Part shown: positions 12,659 to 24,949 of the stretch, in pieces | Position numbering within the stretch: the stretch's first letter is position 1 | Layout of the letters: each line of letters opens with the position of its first letter | From: Eledone cirrhosa | Taxonomy: Eukaryota | DNA: 64,000 bases | Reading direction: 5' to 3' | NCBI GenBank assembly: GCA_964016885.1 | Contig: OZ024745.1 | Coordinates: 59,272,001-59,336,000, forward strand | Notes under the pieces: model-generated | Told to the model about the DNA's origin: nothing | The model's database searches: none | What the model saw: the letters and a program-made list of their open reading frames with translations, nothing else | Made by a program: the position numbers and the translations under genes

Positions 12659-12666
<8 letters not shown>
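11838..12666. mobile_element. Penelope-like element remnant: GIY-YIG C-terminus plus inverted pseudo-LTR pieces
   Basis: The minus strand at about 12020-12180 encodes HARQQHDGN...RIISKHSNDPADRQIKEASEIELRRQRLNRKNEW, the R...EA..I......LN.K.E pattern of Penelope GIY-YIG endonucleases. Bases 11881-11920 are the reverse complement of about 12626-12666 (ATTATTACACAAATATGACCCTCC(T/C)CAAGTATAACAATAT). A 16-bp inverted repeat marks the switch point (12163-12178 / 12195-12210). Confidence 0.72.
12427..12454 (+). ncRNA. Degenerate minimal hammerhead-ribozyme-like motif
   Basis: CTGACGA-T-GTTGCA-gatg-TGCAAC-GAAG gives a CUGANGA box, a 6-bp stem II and GAA(G) in place of GAAA. It lies in a Penelope terminal region, where minimal hammerheads are known to occur. 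Confidence 0.5.
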
Positions 12667-12700
<34 letters not shown>

Positions 12701-12702
<2 letters not shown>

Positions 12703-12958
12703 ATTCCCCGGCGGACAGCTCGAGACGCGATCATTGTGTGGATCTGTCTGATTCTGGACCCGCAGGTTCGACGGACACGTCCAATGATTTCGGAGCATAT
12801 TTTCTCACAGAGAGAATCTGTTCCGAAATTGTAACACACAATAAATTGAGTTCAGATGCATTACTAATTTTTCGTTTTCTATTCTATCATACTCTGCTCT
12901 GTAAGATCATAGAGTGCTCAACCGGCATACCGCCTATGGAAGCATGTTAGCTACCATC
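12701..12958. mobile_element. Diverged, non-palindromic relative of the 11427-11770 element
   Basis: It shares CCGGC..AGCTCGAG...TGGATCTG.CTGATTCT...GGTTC, TTGTAACAC..AATAAA...CAGATGCAT.ACT.ATTTTTCGT and GGCATACCGCCTA.GGAAGCA...AGCTACCA with that element. An internal hairpin lies at 12787-12829. Confidence 0.75.
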
Positions 12959-12964
12959 AGACAG

Positions 12965-13477
12965 GAAAGAAACTCCCTATTGAAAATTACTCATAACCTT
13001 TGACTTACTGTGACCCCTTGGGAGAACATCAATGACTTCATATTCATGCAATATGGGATCGCTCCTCATTTTGAAGGTACCTTCCGTGAGTGGCTTGATG
13101 TCCAATATCCAGGACTTTGGCTAGGCCATTGAGGTTCACATGAATCGCCAGCAATAAGCCCTAAATTAACCCCTATGGAATGTTTTACTGTTGAGGTGGG
13201 CGAAGGAAGTTTATAGCTCAAGACCAAAAACGCTGACTCAATTGGTGGAAGGTATTCATCATATACAGACCAACCTACCGCCTGAGTTCCTAATGAAGTC
13301 AGTCGAGGATATACTTAGACGATTACAAACACTGATGGACGACACTGGTGTCTGTGTAGAATTTTAACTCCACTATATTTCTACCATTATACTGTTCAAC
13401 ATAAAAAATTGTCTTATGAAAAAAATCGACCAGTGATTATTGACAATTTTTAGAAAAAATTCTTTCCACCAACCCTG
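12965..13477 (+). mobile_element. 3' part of a Tc1/mariner-superfamily transposon (degenerate transposase plus TIR)
   Basis: FMQYGIAPHF...REWLDVQYPGLWLGH*GSHESPAISPKLTPMECF...VYSSRPKTL...RRLQTLMDDTGVCVEF* corresponds to FQQDGAPPH / WPPRSPDLTP.DF. The element ends at ...CAACCCTG (13477), followed by TA. Confidence 0.82.
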
Positions 13478-13484
13478 TATATGT

Positions 13485-13518
<34 letters not shown>

Positions 13519-13524
13519 GCACAC

Positions 13525-13605
<81 letters not shown>

Positions 13606-13706
13606 AAGTTCAAAGAATCATTAGATAAAATATATACAGTATAAGTTAACCACACAAAAAATCATTTAAACGAGGCTATAAGTTTAAAATGTACTTATGA
13701 ACGAAT

Positions 13707-15798
13707 TTTAGCGAGGATACTGGGTTGTATGAATGTAACAAAACGAGACATGGTTTGTGTGTATAATATTTAATTAACGGTAGATAGTATACTTGACATG
13801 TCAAAGATAGATGTTAGAATGAAACAAAGTTAGTAGTTACCGTTTTGATTGCCAGGCAAACGCGGCTGGCAGAGGGCGCCTGGCGAAGGCCAGGCGCCTG
13901 TTGGCCAAATTAATGGCAGAGCCAAATGAGAGGCTCTTGTCCTGGTGCCTAAAAGGCAAAGAGAGAAAGGAAGCTTAAAGTTGTTAGTTTTATAGGGCTC
14001 TGACCGGAAGTCGCAGAAAGGGTTCCACCTCCCGTCTAGATCCCAATCAAAACAAGGGAGACAACCGCTACATAACCTCCCGCCAGAATTTTAGTGTATA
14101 AAAATCGAAATGAAAATATGTAGCAAGTTGGCGAGAATGTTGTAACAGGCATGAAAATTACGACAAAAGAATGTTTGGAAAAATCAATGATAGATATCAA
14201 GGTAGCCAACCGCTCTTGGCCAGAGAACGACTGGACATCCATCTATCCATCACCCAAAGATACAATGTAATAAAGTAAAAGTAATAGAAGAGCTCAAAGT
14301 TCAAAATATAGTTCACAGGTGTGCAATCACATGACAGCAGGAAAGAAAGTGTGTTCCAGAGAATGAATGCAGGTGGTTTCTGTTCTGTGGTATATCGTGA
14401 AATTTCCAACCTCCGAATGGATTTTCTCACAGGAAGAGTGCTGCAAAAATGAATTCTCTGGCTTTGGTGAAGCTGTATTGATGTATTGCTGTTGCTGCTG
14501 CTGTTGTCTCGCTGAGTGAGCGTATTCGGTGTTTAAATTCACAGTAAAAAATTTTTTTTTAGAAAAAATGAGTTGCGCAAAGTGCTAGAAATAGCAGCCG
14601 AAGTTGATGGTCGATGTTGAGAATGCGTTGACCTGGAAGGGTCAAGAGGCCAGCGACCAGAGAAATAAGCATTCTTAATAAATGCGCGGTTATCAACTGT
14701 AAATTTACATTGTAAATTTATAAACCGGCAAATAGAAGAATATAGCTTAAGGCTGAAGAATCCCTGGTGATAAATGGCGTGCGGCTGTCTGTGAGTAGAG
14801 ACATCTCTGTGAATCGAGAATTTGTGCTGCCTACACGTGCCAATACAAGGTTGAAAAAAAAAAAATATTTCTAACGCGCGAGAAAATGATAGTGCAATGT
14901 TGAAAGTGACAATGATGAAAAAGAAAGGCTTCAATCAGCATAATTATTGGTGTGAACTTTGGGAGAAAAAAAAAAAAAAAAAAAATTGAACGATGAAGAA
15001 AACGATGAACAAAAAGGCAATGGTTCATCGAAAATAAATGTTCCTGTTGAAATGTTATTTAAAGAATATCAAATTTCTTTTTTTTTTTTGTGTTTTGAAA
15101 GAGTTCGTTGTAAGAAACGAGAAACATATATATATATCGTGAAATGTTTTTTTTTGTTTTGAAAGTGTTCGTTGTAAGAAACGAGAAACATATATATATA
15201 TATATTGGTGAAATGCGACAGTTAATTGATGCGTGAGAGAAAAAGTATGTCTGTGCGAATTCCACATGTGCGTGTGTGCGTGTCCTTGAGTAGTTTCATT
15301 GTTTGTCGCTAAATTTGCTGTGTATTCGTAATGTTACTCACAAAACCAGATGTGCTATTTTTTTCTTTTTTTGGGGGGTGACCACTTATAGCGATGAACG
15401 GCTGCGTGTTCGTATCACGTCAGGGTTACCAATTTAGCGAGGATACTGGGTTGTATGAATGTAACAAAACGAGACATGGTTTGTGTATATAATATTTAAT
15501 TAACGGTAGATAGTATACTTGACATGTCAAAGATAGATGTTAGAATGAAACAAAGTTAGTAGTTACCGTTTTGATTGCCAGGCAAACGCGGCTGGCAGAG
15601 GGCGCCTGGCGAAGGCCAGGCGCCTGTTGGCCAAATTAATGGCAGAGCCAAATGAGAGGCTCTTGTCCTGGTGCCTAAAAGGCAAAGAGAGAAAGGAAGC
15701 TTAAAGTTGTTAGTTTTATAGGGCTCTGACCGGAAGTCGCAGAAAGGGTTCCACCTCCCGTCTAGATCCCAATCAAAACAAGGGAGACAACCGCTACA
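13707..15798 (-). mobile_element. Young non-autonomous LTR retrotransposon (Ty3/Gypsy-like ends), 2092 bp
   Basis: Two 366-bp LTRs (13707-14072, 15433-15798) show only one difference by eye. The minus-strand termini are TGTAGCG...CGCTAAA, and the 4-bp TSD GAAT lies at 13703-13706 and 15799-15802. A tRNA-Trp PBS adjoins the right LTR and a PPT-like CTGGCGGGAGGTTA adjoins the left LTR. The 1360-bp interior has no recognisable gag/pol ORF. Confidence 0.93.
15400..15431 (-). promoter_or_regulatory. Primer-binding site complementary to the tRNA-Trp 3' end (extended)
   Basis: The plus strand GGCTGCGTGTTCGTATCACGTCAGGGTTACCA resembles the metazoan tRNA-Trp 3' end GGYTGCGTGTTCRAATCACGTCGGGGTCACCA, including CCA. 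It lies 1 nt from the LTR. Confidence 0.85.
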
Positions 15799-16339
15799 GA
15801 ATAATAGAGAAATGATACAGATTCTTTTCCGCGATGTACAGCCATATAACACTTACCATACGACACACACGCGAGCGCGCGCGCTAACACATGCGCGCGC
15901 ACACACGGAGTGTAAACTGCGACTTGGAATGTAAACTGCGACTTGGGGTGTAAACTGCGACTTGGAATGTAAACTGCGACTTGGGGTGTAAACTGCGACT
16001 TGGAATGTAAACTGCGACTTGGGGTGTAAACTGCGACTTGGAATGTAAACTGAGACTTGGAGTGTAAACTGCGACTTAGAGTGTAAACTGCGACTTGAAG
16101 TGTAAACTGACACTTGGAGTGTAAACTGAGACTTGGAGTGTAAACTGAGACTTGGAGTGTAAACTGCGACTGTGTAATGTTCGACTTGGAGTTTAAACTG
16201 CGGAGTTTATGCTGCAGCTGCGAGTGTAAACTGCGACTTGGAGTGTAAACTGCGACTGCGAGTGTATACTGCGACTGCGAGTGTATACTGCGACTGCCAG
16301 TGTAAACTGCGACTTCGAGTGTAAACTGCGACTTCAAGT

Positions 16340-19300
16340 GTAATGTACGACTCTGAGTGTAAACTACGACTTGGAATGTAAACTGTGACTTCGAGTATAA
16401 TGTACAACTTGGAGTGTAAACTTCAACTTGGGGTGTAAACTTCAACTTGGAGTGTAAACTTCAACTTGGAGTGCAAACTTCAACTTGGAGTGTAAACTTC
16501 AACTTGGAATGTAAACTTCAACTTGGAGTGTAAACTTCAACTTGGAGTGTAAACTTCAACTTGGAGTGTAAACTTCAACTTGGTGTGTAATGTACGACTT
16601 GGTGTGTAATGTACGACTTGGTGTGTAATGTACGACTTGGTGTGTACAGCGTGGAGTGTAAACTGCGACTTGGTGTGTACAACGTGGAGTGTAAACTGCG
16701 ATTTGGAATGTAAATTGCGACTTGGATCGTAAATTCCGACTTGGAGTGTAAACTGCTACTTGGAGTTTAAACTGCGACTGTGTAATGTTCGACTTGGAAT
16801 GCAATGTACAACGTGGAATGTAATGTACGACTTGGAGTGTAAACGGCGACTTGGTTCTACTTGGAGTGTAAACGGCTACTTGGTTCTACTTGGAGTGTAA
16901 ACGGCTACTTGGTTCTACTTGGAGTGTAAACGGCTACTTGGTTCTACTTGGAGTGTAAACGGCTACTTGGTTCTACTTGAAGTGTAATGATCTACTTGGA
17001 GCGTAATGATCTACTTGGAGTGTAATGTTCTACTTGGTCTGTAAACTGCGACTTGGAGTGTAATGTACCACTTGGAGTTTAAACTGCGACTTGGAGTTTA
17101 AACTGCGACTTGAAGTGTAAACTGCGACTTGGAGTGTAGACTGCGACTCGGAGTGTGAACTACAACTTGGAGTGTAATGTACAACTTTGAGTGTAAAGTG
17201 CGACTTGGAATGTAATGTAAGACTTGGGGTGTAAAATGCGACTTGGAGTGTAATCTGCGGCTTGGAGTATAATGTACAACTTGGAGCATAATGTACGACT
17301 TAGAGTGTAATGTAGGACTAGGAGCATAATGTACGACTTGGAGTGTAATGTAGGACTTGGAGTGTAAACTGCGACTTGGAATATAAATTGCGACTTGGAT
17401 TGTAAACCTTAACTTGCAGTGTATTGAACAACTTGGGGTGTATACTGCGGCTTGGAGTGTAAACTGCGACTCCGAATATAAACTACGACTTGCAGTGTAA
17501 TATATGACTCTGAGTGTAAACTACGACTTGGAGTGTAAACTGCGACATGGAGTGTAAACTGCGACTTGGAGTGTAAAATGCGACTGTGTAATGTTCGACT
17601 TGGAGTGTAAACTGCGACTGTGTAATGTTCGACTTGGAGTTTAAACTGCGACTGAGTAATGTTCGACTTGGTGTGTAAAATGCGACTGTGTAATGTTCGA
17701 CTTGGAGTTTAAACTGCGACTGTGTAATGTTCGACTTGGAGTTTAAACTGCGACTTGGAATGTAAATTGCGACTTCGAGTGTATACTGCGACTGCGAGTG
17801 TATACTGCAACTTCGAGTGTATACTGCGACTGCGAGTGTAAACTGCGACTGCGACTTCGAGTGTAAACTGCGACTTCGAGTGTAAACTGCGAGTGTATAC
17901 TGCGACTTCGAGTGTAAACTGCGACTTCGAGTGTAAACTGCGACTTCGAGTGTAATGTACGACTCTGAGTGTAGACTACGACTCTGAATGTAAACTACGA
18001 CTCTGAGTGTAAACTACGACTTGGAATGTAAACTGTGACTTCGAGTATAATGCACAACTTGGAGTGTAAACTTCAACTTGGGGTGTAAACTTCAACTTGG
18101 AGTGTAAACTTCAACTTGGAGTATAAACTTCAACTTGGAGTGTAAACTTCAACTTGGAGTGTAAACTTCAACTTGGAGTGTAAACTTCAACTTGGAGTGT
18201 AAACTTCAACTTGGAGTGTAAACTTCAACTTGGAGTGTAAACTTCAACTTGGTGTGTAATGTACGACTTGGTGTGTAATGTACGACTTGGTGTGTACAGC
18301 GTGGAGTGTAAACTGCGACTTGGTGTGTACAACGTGGAGTGTAAACTGCGATTTGGAATGTAAATTGCGACTTGGATCGTAAATTCCGACTTGGAGTGTA
18401 AACTGCTACTTGGAGTTTAAACTGCGACTGTGTAATGTTCGACTTGGAATGCAATGTACAACGTGGAATGTAATGTACGACTTGGAGTGTAAACGGCGAC
18501 TTGGTTCTACTTGGAGTGTAAACGGCTACTTGGTTCTACTTGGAGTGTAAACGGCTACTTGGTTCTACTTGGAGTGTAAACGGCTACTTGGTTCTACTTG
18601 GAGTGTAAACGGCTACTTGGTTCTACTTGAAGTGTAATGATCTACTTGGAGCGTAATGATCTACTTGGAGTGTAATGTTCTACTTGGTCTGTAAACTGCG
18701 ACTTGGAGTGTAATGTACCACTTGGAGTTTAAACTGCGACTTGGAGTTTAAACTGCGACTTGAAGTGTAAACTGCGACTTGGAGTGTAGACTGCGACTCG
18801 GAGTGTGAACTACAACTTGGAGTGTAATGTACAACTTTGAGTGTAAAGTGCGACTTGGAATGTAATGTAAGACTTGGGGTGTAAAATGCGACTTGGAGTG
18901 TAATCTGCGGCTTGGAGTATAATGTACAACTTGGAGCATAATGTACGACTTAGAGTGTAATGTAGGACTAGGAGCATAATGTACGACTTGGAGTGTAATG
19001 TAGGACTTGGAGTGTAAACTGCGACTTGGAATATAAATTGCGACTTGGATTGTAAACCTTAACTTGCAGTGTATTGAACAACTTGGGGTGTATACTGCGG
19101 CTTGGAATGTAAACTGCGACTCCGAATATAAACTACGACTTGCAGTGTAATATATGACTCTGAGTGTAAACTACGACTTGGAGTGTAAACTGCGACATGG
19201 AGTGTAAACTGCGACTTGGAGTGTAAAATGCGACTGTGTAATGTTCGACTTGGAGTGTAAACTGCGACTGTGTAATGTTCGACTTGGAGTTTAAACTGCG

Positions 19301-21300
19301 ACTGAGTAATGTTCGACTTGGTGTGTAAAATGCGACTGTGTAATGTTCGACTTGGAGTTTAAACTGCGACTGTGTAATGTTCGACTTGGAGTTTAAACTG
19401 CGACTTGGAATGTAAATTGCGACTTCGAGTGTATACTGCGACTGCGAGTGTATACTGCGACTTCGAGTGTATACTGCGACTGCGAGTGTAAACTGCGACT
19501 GCGACTTCGAGTGTAATCTGCGACTTCGAGTGTAAACTGCGAGTGTATACTGCGACTTCGAGTGTAAACTGCGACTTCGAGTGTAAACTGCGACTTCGAG
19601 TGTAAACTGCGACTTCGAGTGTAGACTACGACTCTGAATGTAAACTACGACTCTGAGTGTAAACTACGACTTGGAATGTAAACTGTGACTTCGAGTATAA
19701 TGCACAACTTGGAGTGTAAACTTCAACTTGGGGTGTAAACTTCAACTTGGAGTGTAAACTTCAACTTGGAGTATAAACTTCAACTTGGAGTGTAAACTTC
19801 AACTTGGAGTGTAAACTTCAACTTGGAGTGTAAACTTCAACTTGGAGTGTAAACTTCAACTTGGAGTGTAAACTTCAACTTGGAGTGTAAACTTCAACTT
19901 GGTGTGTAATGTACGACTTGGTGTGTAATGTACGACTTGGTGTGTACAGCGTGGAGTGTAAACTGCGACTTGGTGTGTACAACGTGGAGTGTAAACTGCG
20001 ATTTGGAATGTAAATTGCGACTTGGATCGTAAATTCCGACTTGGAGTGTAAACTGCTACTTGGAGTTTAAACTGCGACTGTGTAATGTTCGACTTGGAAT
20101 GCAATGTACAACGTGGAATGTAATGTACGACTTGGAGTGTAAACGGCGACTTGGTTCTACTTGGAGTGTAAACGGCTACTTGGTTCTACTTGGAGTGTAA
20201 ACGGCTACTTGGTTCTACTTGGAGTGTAAACGGCTACTTGGTTCTACTTGGAGTGTAAACGGCTACTTGGTTCTACTTGAAGTGTAATGATCTACTTGGA
20301 GCGTAATGATCTACTTGGAGTGTAATGTTCTACTTGGTCTGTAAACTGCGACTTGGAGTGTAATGTACCACTTGGAGTTTAAACTGCGACTTGGAGTTTA
20401 AACTGCGACTTGAAGTGTAAACTGCGACTTGGAGTGTAGACTGCGACTCGGAGTGTGAACTACAACTTGGAGTGTAATGTACAACTTTGAGTGTAAAGTG
20501 CGACTTGGAATGTAATGTAAGACTTGGGGTGTAAAATGCGACTTGGAGTGTAATCTGCGGCTTGGAGTATAATGTACAACTTGGAGCATAATGTACGACT
20601 TAGAGTGTAATGTAGGACTAGGAGCATAATGTACGACTTGGAGTGTAATGTAGGACTTGGAGTGTAAACTGCGACTTGGAATATAAATTGCGACTTGGAT
20701 TGTAAACCTTAACTTGCAGTGTATTGAACAACTTGGGGTGTATACTGCGGCTTGGAATGTAAACTGCGACTCCGAATATAAACTACGACTTGCAGTGTAA
20801 TATATGACTCTGAGTGTAAACTACGACTTGGAGTGTAAACTGCGACATGGAGTGTAAACTGCGACTTGGAGTGTAAAATGCGACTGTGTAATGTTCGACT
20901 TGGAGTGTAAACTGCGACTGTGTAATGTTCGACTTGGAGTTTAAACTGCGACTGAGTAATGTTCGACTTGGTGTGTAAAATGCGACTGTGTAATGTTCGA
21001 CTTGGAGTTTAAACTGCGACTGTGTAATGTTCGACTTGGAGTTTAAACTGCGACTTGGAATGTAAATTGCGACTTCGAGTGTATACTGCGACTGCGAGTG
21101 TATACTGCGACTTCGAGTGTATACTGCGACTGCGAGTGTAAACTGCGACTGCGACTTCGAGTGTAATCTGCGACTTCGAGTGTAAACTGCGAGTGTATAC
21201 TGCGACTGCGAGTGTAAACTGCGACTGCGACTTCGAGTGTAAACTGCGACTTCGAGTGTAATGTACGACTCTGAGTGTAGACTACGACTCTGAATGTAAA
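16340..21300. repeat. 1650-bp higher-order repeat, about 3 near-identical copies
   Basis: The marker CTTGGATCGTAAATTCC occurs at 16721, 18371 and 20021. Identical ORF-track entries start at 17098, 18748 and 20398. Confidence 0.93.
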
Positions 21301-24300
21301 CTACGACTCTGAGTGTAAACTACGACTTGGAATGTAAACTGTGACTTCGAGTATAATGCACAACTTGGAGTGTAAACTTCAACTTGGGGTGTAAACTTCA
21401 ACTTGGAGTGTAAACTTCAACTTGGAGTATAAACTTCAACTTGGAGTGTAAACTTCAACTTGGAGTGTAAACTTCAACTTGGAGTGTAAACTTCAACTTG
21501 GAGTGTAAACTTCAACTTGGAGTGTAAACTTCAACTTGGAGTGTAAACTTCAACTTGGAGTGTAAACTTCAACTTGGAGTGTAAACTTCAACTTGGTGTG
21601 TAATGTACGACTTGGAGTGTAAACTTCAACTTGGTGTGTAAACTTCAACTTGGTGTGTAATGTACGACTTGGTGTGTAATGTACGACTTGGTGTGTAATG
21701 TACGACTTGGTGTGTAATGTACGACTTGGTGTGTAATGTACGACTTGGTGTGTAAACTGCGACTTGGTGTGTACAACGTGGAGTGTAAACTGCGATTTGG
21801 AATGTAAATTGCGACTTGGATCGTAAATTCCGACTTGGAGTGTAAACTGCTACTTGGAGTTTAAACTGCGACTGTGTAATGTTCGACTTGGAATGTAATG
21901 TACAACGCGGAATGTAATGTACGACTTGGAGTGTAAACGGCGACTTGGTTCTACTTGGAGTGTAAACGGCTACTTGGTTCTACTTGGAGTGTAAACGGCT
22001 ACTTGGTTCTACTTGGAGTGTAAACGGCTACTTGGTTCTACTTGAAGTGTAATGATCTACTTGGAGCGTAATGATCTACTTGGAGTGTAATGTTCTACTT
22101 GGTCTGTAAACTGCGACTTGGAGTGTAATGTACGACTTGGAGTTTAAACTGCGACTTGGAGTTTAAACTGCGACTTGAAGTGTAAACTGCGACTTGGAGT
22201 GTAAACTGCGACTTGGAGTGTAAACTGTGACTCGGAGTGTGAATTACAACTTGGAGTGTAATGTACAACTTTGAGTGTAAACTGCGACTTGGAATGTAAT
22301 GTAGGACTTGGGGTGTAAAATGCGACTTGGAGTGTAATCTGCGGCTTGGAGTATAATGTACAACTTGGAGCATAATGTACGACTTAGAGTGTAATGTAGG
22401 ACTAGGAGCATAATGTACGACTTGGAGTGTAATGTTCGACTTGGAGTGTAAAATGCGACTGTGTAATGTTCGACTTGGAGTTTAAACTGCGACTGTGTAA
22501 TGTTCGACTTGGTGTGTAAAATGCGACTGTGTAATGTTCGACTTGGAGTTTAAACTGCGACTGTGTAATGTTCGACTTGGAGTTTAAACTGCGACTGTGT
22601 AATGTTCGACTTGGAGTTAAAACTGCGACTGTGTAATGTTCGACTTGGTGTGTAAAATGCGACTGTGTAATGTTCGACTTGGAGTTTAAACTGCGACTGT
22701 GTAATGTTCGACTTGGAGTTTAAACTGCAACTTGGAATTTAAATTGCGACTTGGAATGTAAATTGCGACTTCGAGTGTATACTGCGACTGCGAGTGTATA
22801 CTGCGACTGCGAGTGTATACTGCGACTGCGAGTGTAAACTGCGACTTCGAGTGTAAACTGCGACTTCGAGTGTAAACTGCGACTTCGAGTGTAATGTACG
22901 ACTCTGAGTGTAAACTAAGACTCTGAGTGTAAACTACGACTCTGAGTGTAAACTACGACTTGGAGTGTTAACTGCGACATGGAGTGTAAACTGCGGCTTG
23001 GAGTGTAAAATGCGACTGTGTAATGTTCGACTTGGATTAAACTGCGACTGTGTAATGTTCGACTTGGAGTTTAAACTGCGACTTGGAATGTAAATTGCGA
23101 CTTCGAGTGTATACTGCGACTGCGAGTGTATACTGCGACTTCGAGTGTATACTGCGACTGCGAGTGTAAACTGCGACTGCGACTTCGAGTGTAAACTGCG
23201 ACTTCGAGTGTAAACTGCGAGTGTATACTGCGACTTCGAGTGTAAACTGCGACTTCGAGTGTAAACTGCGACTTCGAGTGTAAACTGTGACTTCGAGTGT
23301 AATGTACGACTCTGAGTGTAGACTACGACTCTGAATGTAAACTACGACTCTGAGTGTAAACTACGACTTGGAATGTAAACTGTGACTTCGAGTATAATGC
23401 ACAACTTGGAGTGTAAACTTCAACTTGGGGTATAAACTTCAACTTGGAGTGTAAACTTCAACTTGGAGTGTAAACTTCAACTTGGAATGTAAACTTCAAC
23501 TTGGAGTGTAAACTTCAACTTGGAGTGTAAACTTCAACTTGGAGTGTAAACTTCAACTTGGAGTGTAAACTTCAACTTGGAGTGTAAACTTCAACTTGGT
23601 GTGTAATGTACGACTAGGAGTGTAAACTTCAACTTGGTGTGTAAACTTCAACTTGGTGTGTAATGTACGACTTGGTGTGTAATGTACGACTTGGTGTGTA
23701 ATGTACGACTTGGTGTGTAATGTACGACTTGGTGTGTAATGTACGACTTGGTGTGTAAACTGCGACTTGGTGTGTACAACGTGGAGTGTAAACTGCGATT
23801 TGGAATGTAAATTGCGACTTGGATCGTAAATTCCGACTTGGAGTGTAAACTGCTACTTGGAGTTTAAACTGCGACTGTGTAATGTTCGACTTGGAATGTA
23901 ATGTACAACGTGGAATGTAATGTACGACTTGGAGTGTAAACGGCGACTTGGTTCTACTTGGAGTGTAAACGGCTACTTGGTTCTACTTGGAGTGTAAACT
24001 GTGACTCGGAGTGTGAACTACAACTTGGAGTGTAATGTACAACTTTGAGTGTAAACTGCGACTTGGAATGTAATGTAGGACTTGGGGTGTAAAATGCGAC
24101 TTGGAGTGTAATCTGCGGCTTGGAGTATAATGTACAACTTGGAGCATAATGTACGACTTGGAGTGTAATGTTCGACTTGGAGTGTAAAATGCGACTGTGT
24201 AATGTTCGACTTGGAGTTTAAACTGCGACTGTGTAATGTTCGACTTGGTGTGTAAAATGCGACTGTGTAATGTTCGACTTGGAGTTTAAACTGCGACTGT

Positions 24301-24949
24301 GTAATGTTCGACTTGGAGTTTAAACTGCGACTGTGTAATGTTCGACTTGGTGTGTAAAATGCGACTGTGTAATGTTCGACTTGGAGTTTAAACTGCGACT
24401 GTGTAATGTTCGACTTGGAGTTTAAACTGCGACTTGGAATTTAAATTGCGACTTGGAATGTAAATTGCGACTTCGAGTGTATACTGCGACTGCGAGTGTA
24501 TACTGCGACTGCGAGTGTATACTGCGACTGCGAGTGTAAACTGCGACTGCGACTTCGAGTGTAAACTGCCACTTCGAGTGTAAACTGCGAGTGTATACTG
24601 CGACTTCGAGTGTAAACTGCGAGTGTATACTGCGACTTCGAGTGTAAACTGCGACTTCGAGTGTAAACTGCGACTTCGAGTGTAAACTGCGACTTCGAGT
24701 GTAATGTACGACTCTGAGTGTAAACTAAGACTCTGAGTGTAAACTACGACTCTGAGTGTAAACTACGACTTGGAGTGTAAACTGCGACATGGAGTGTAAA
24801 CTGCGGCTTGGAGTGTAAAATGCGACTGTGTAATGTTCGACTTGGAGTGTAAACTTCGACTTGGAGTGTAAACTTCGACTTGGAGTGTAAACTTCGACTT
24901 GGAGTGAAAACTTCGACTTGGAGTGAAAACTTCGACTTGGAGTGAAAAC

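Noticed and set aside
14190-14680. Faint integrase-like traces inside the LTR element (e.g. KPPAF)
   Set aside because: Too degenerate to distinguish from chance without a profile search.
15075-15205. Tandem duplication of about 62 bp inside the LTR element interior
   Set aside because: Real but trivial, a slippage-type duplication between T and AT tracts.
15396-15431. Possible tRNA-Trp gene
   Set aside because: Only the 3' part is present, it has an encoded CCA, and it abuts an LTR, so it is better explained as a primer-binding site.
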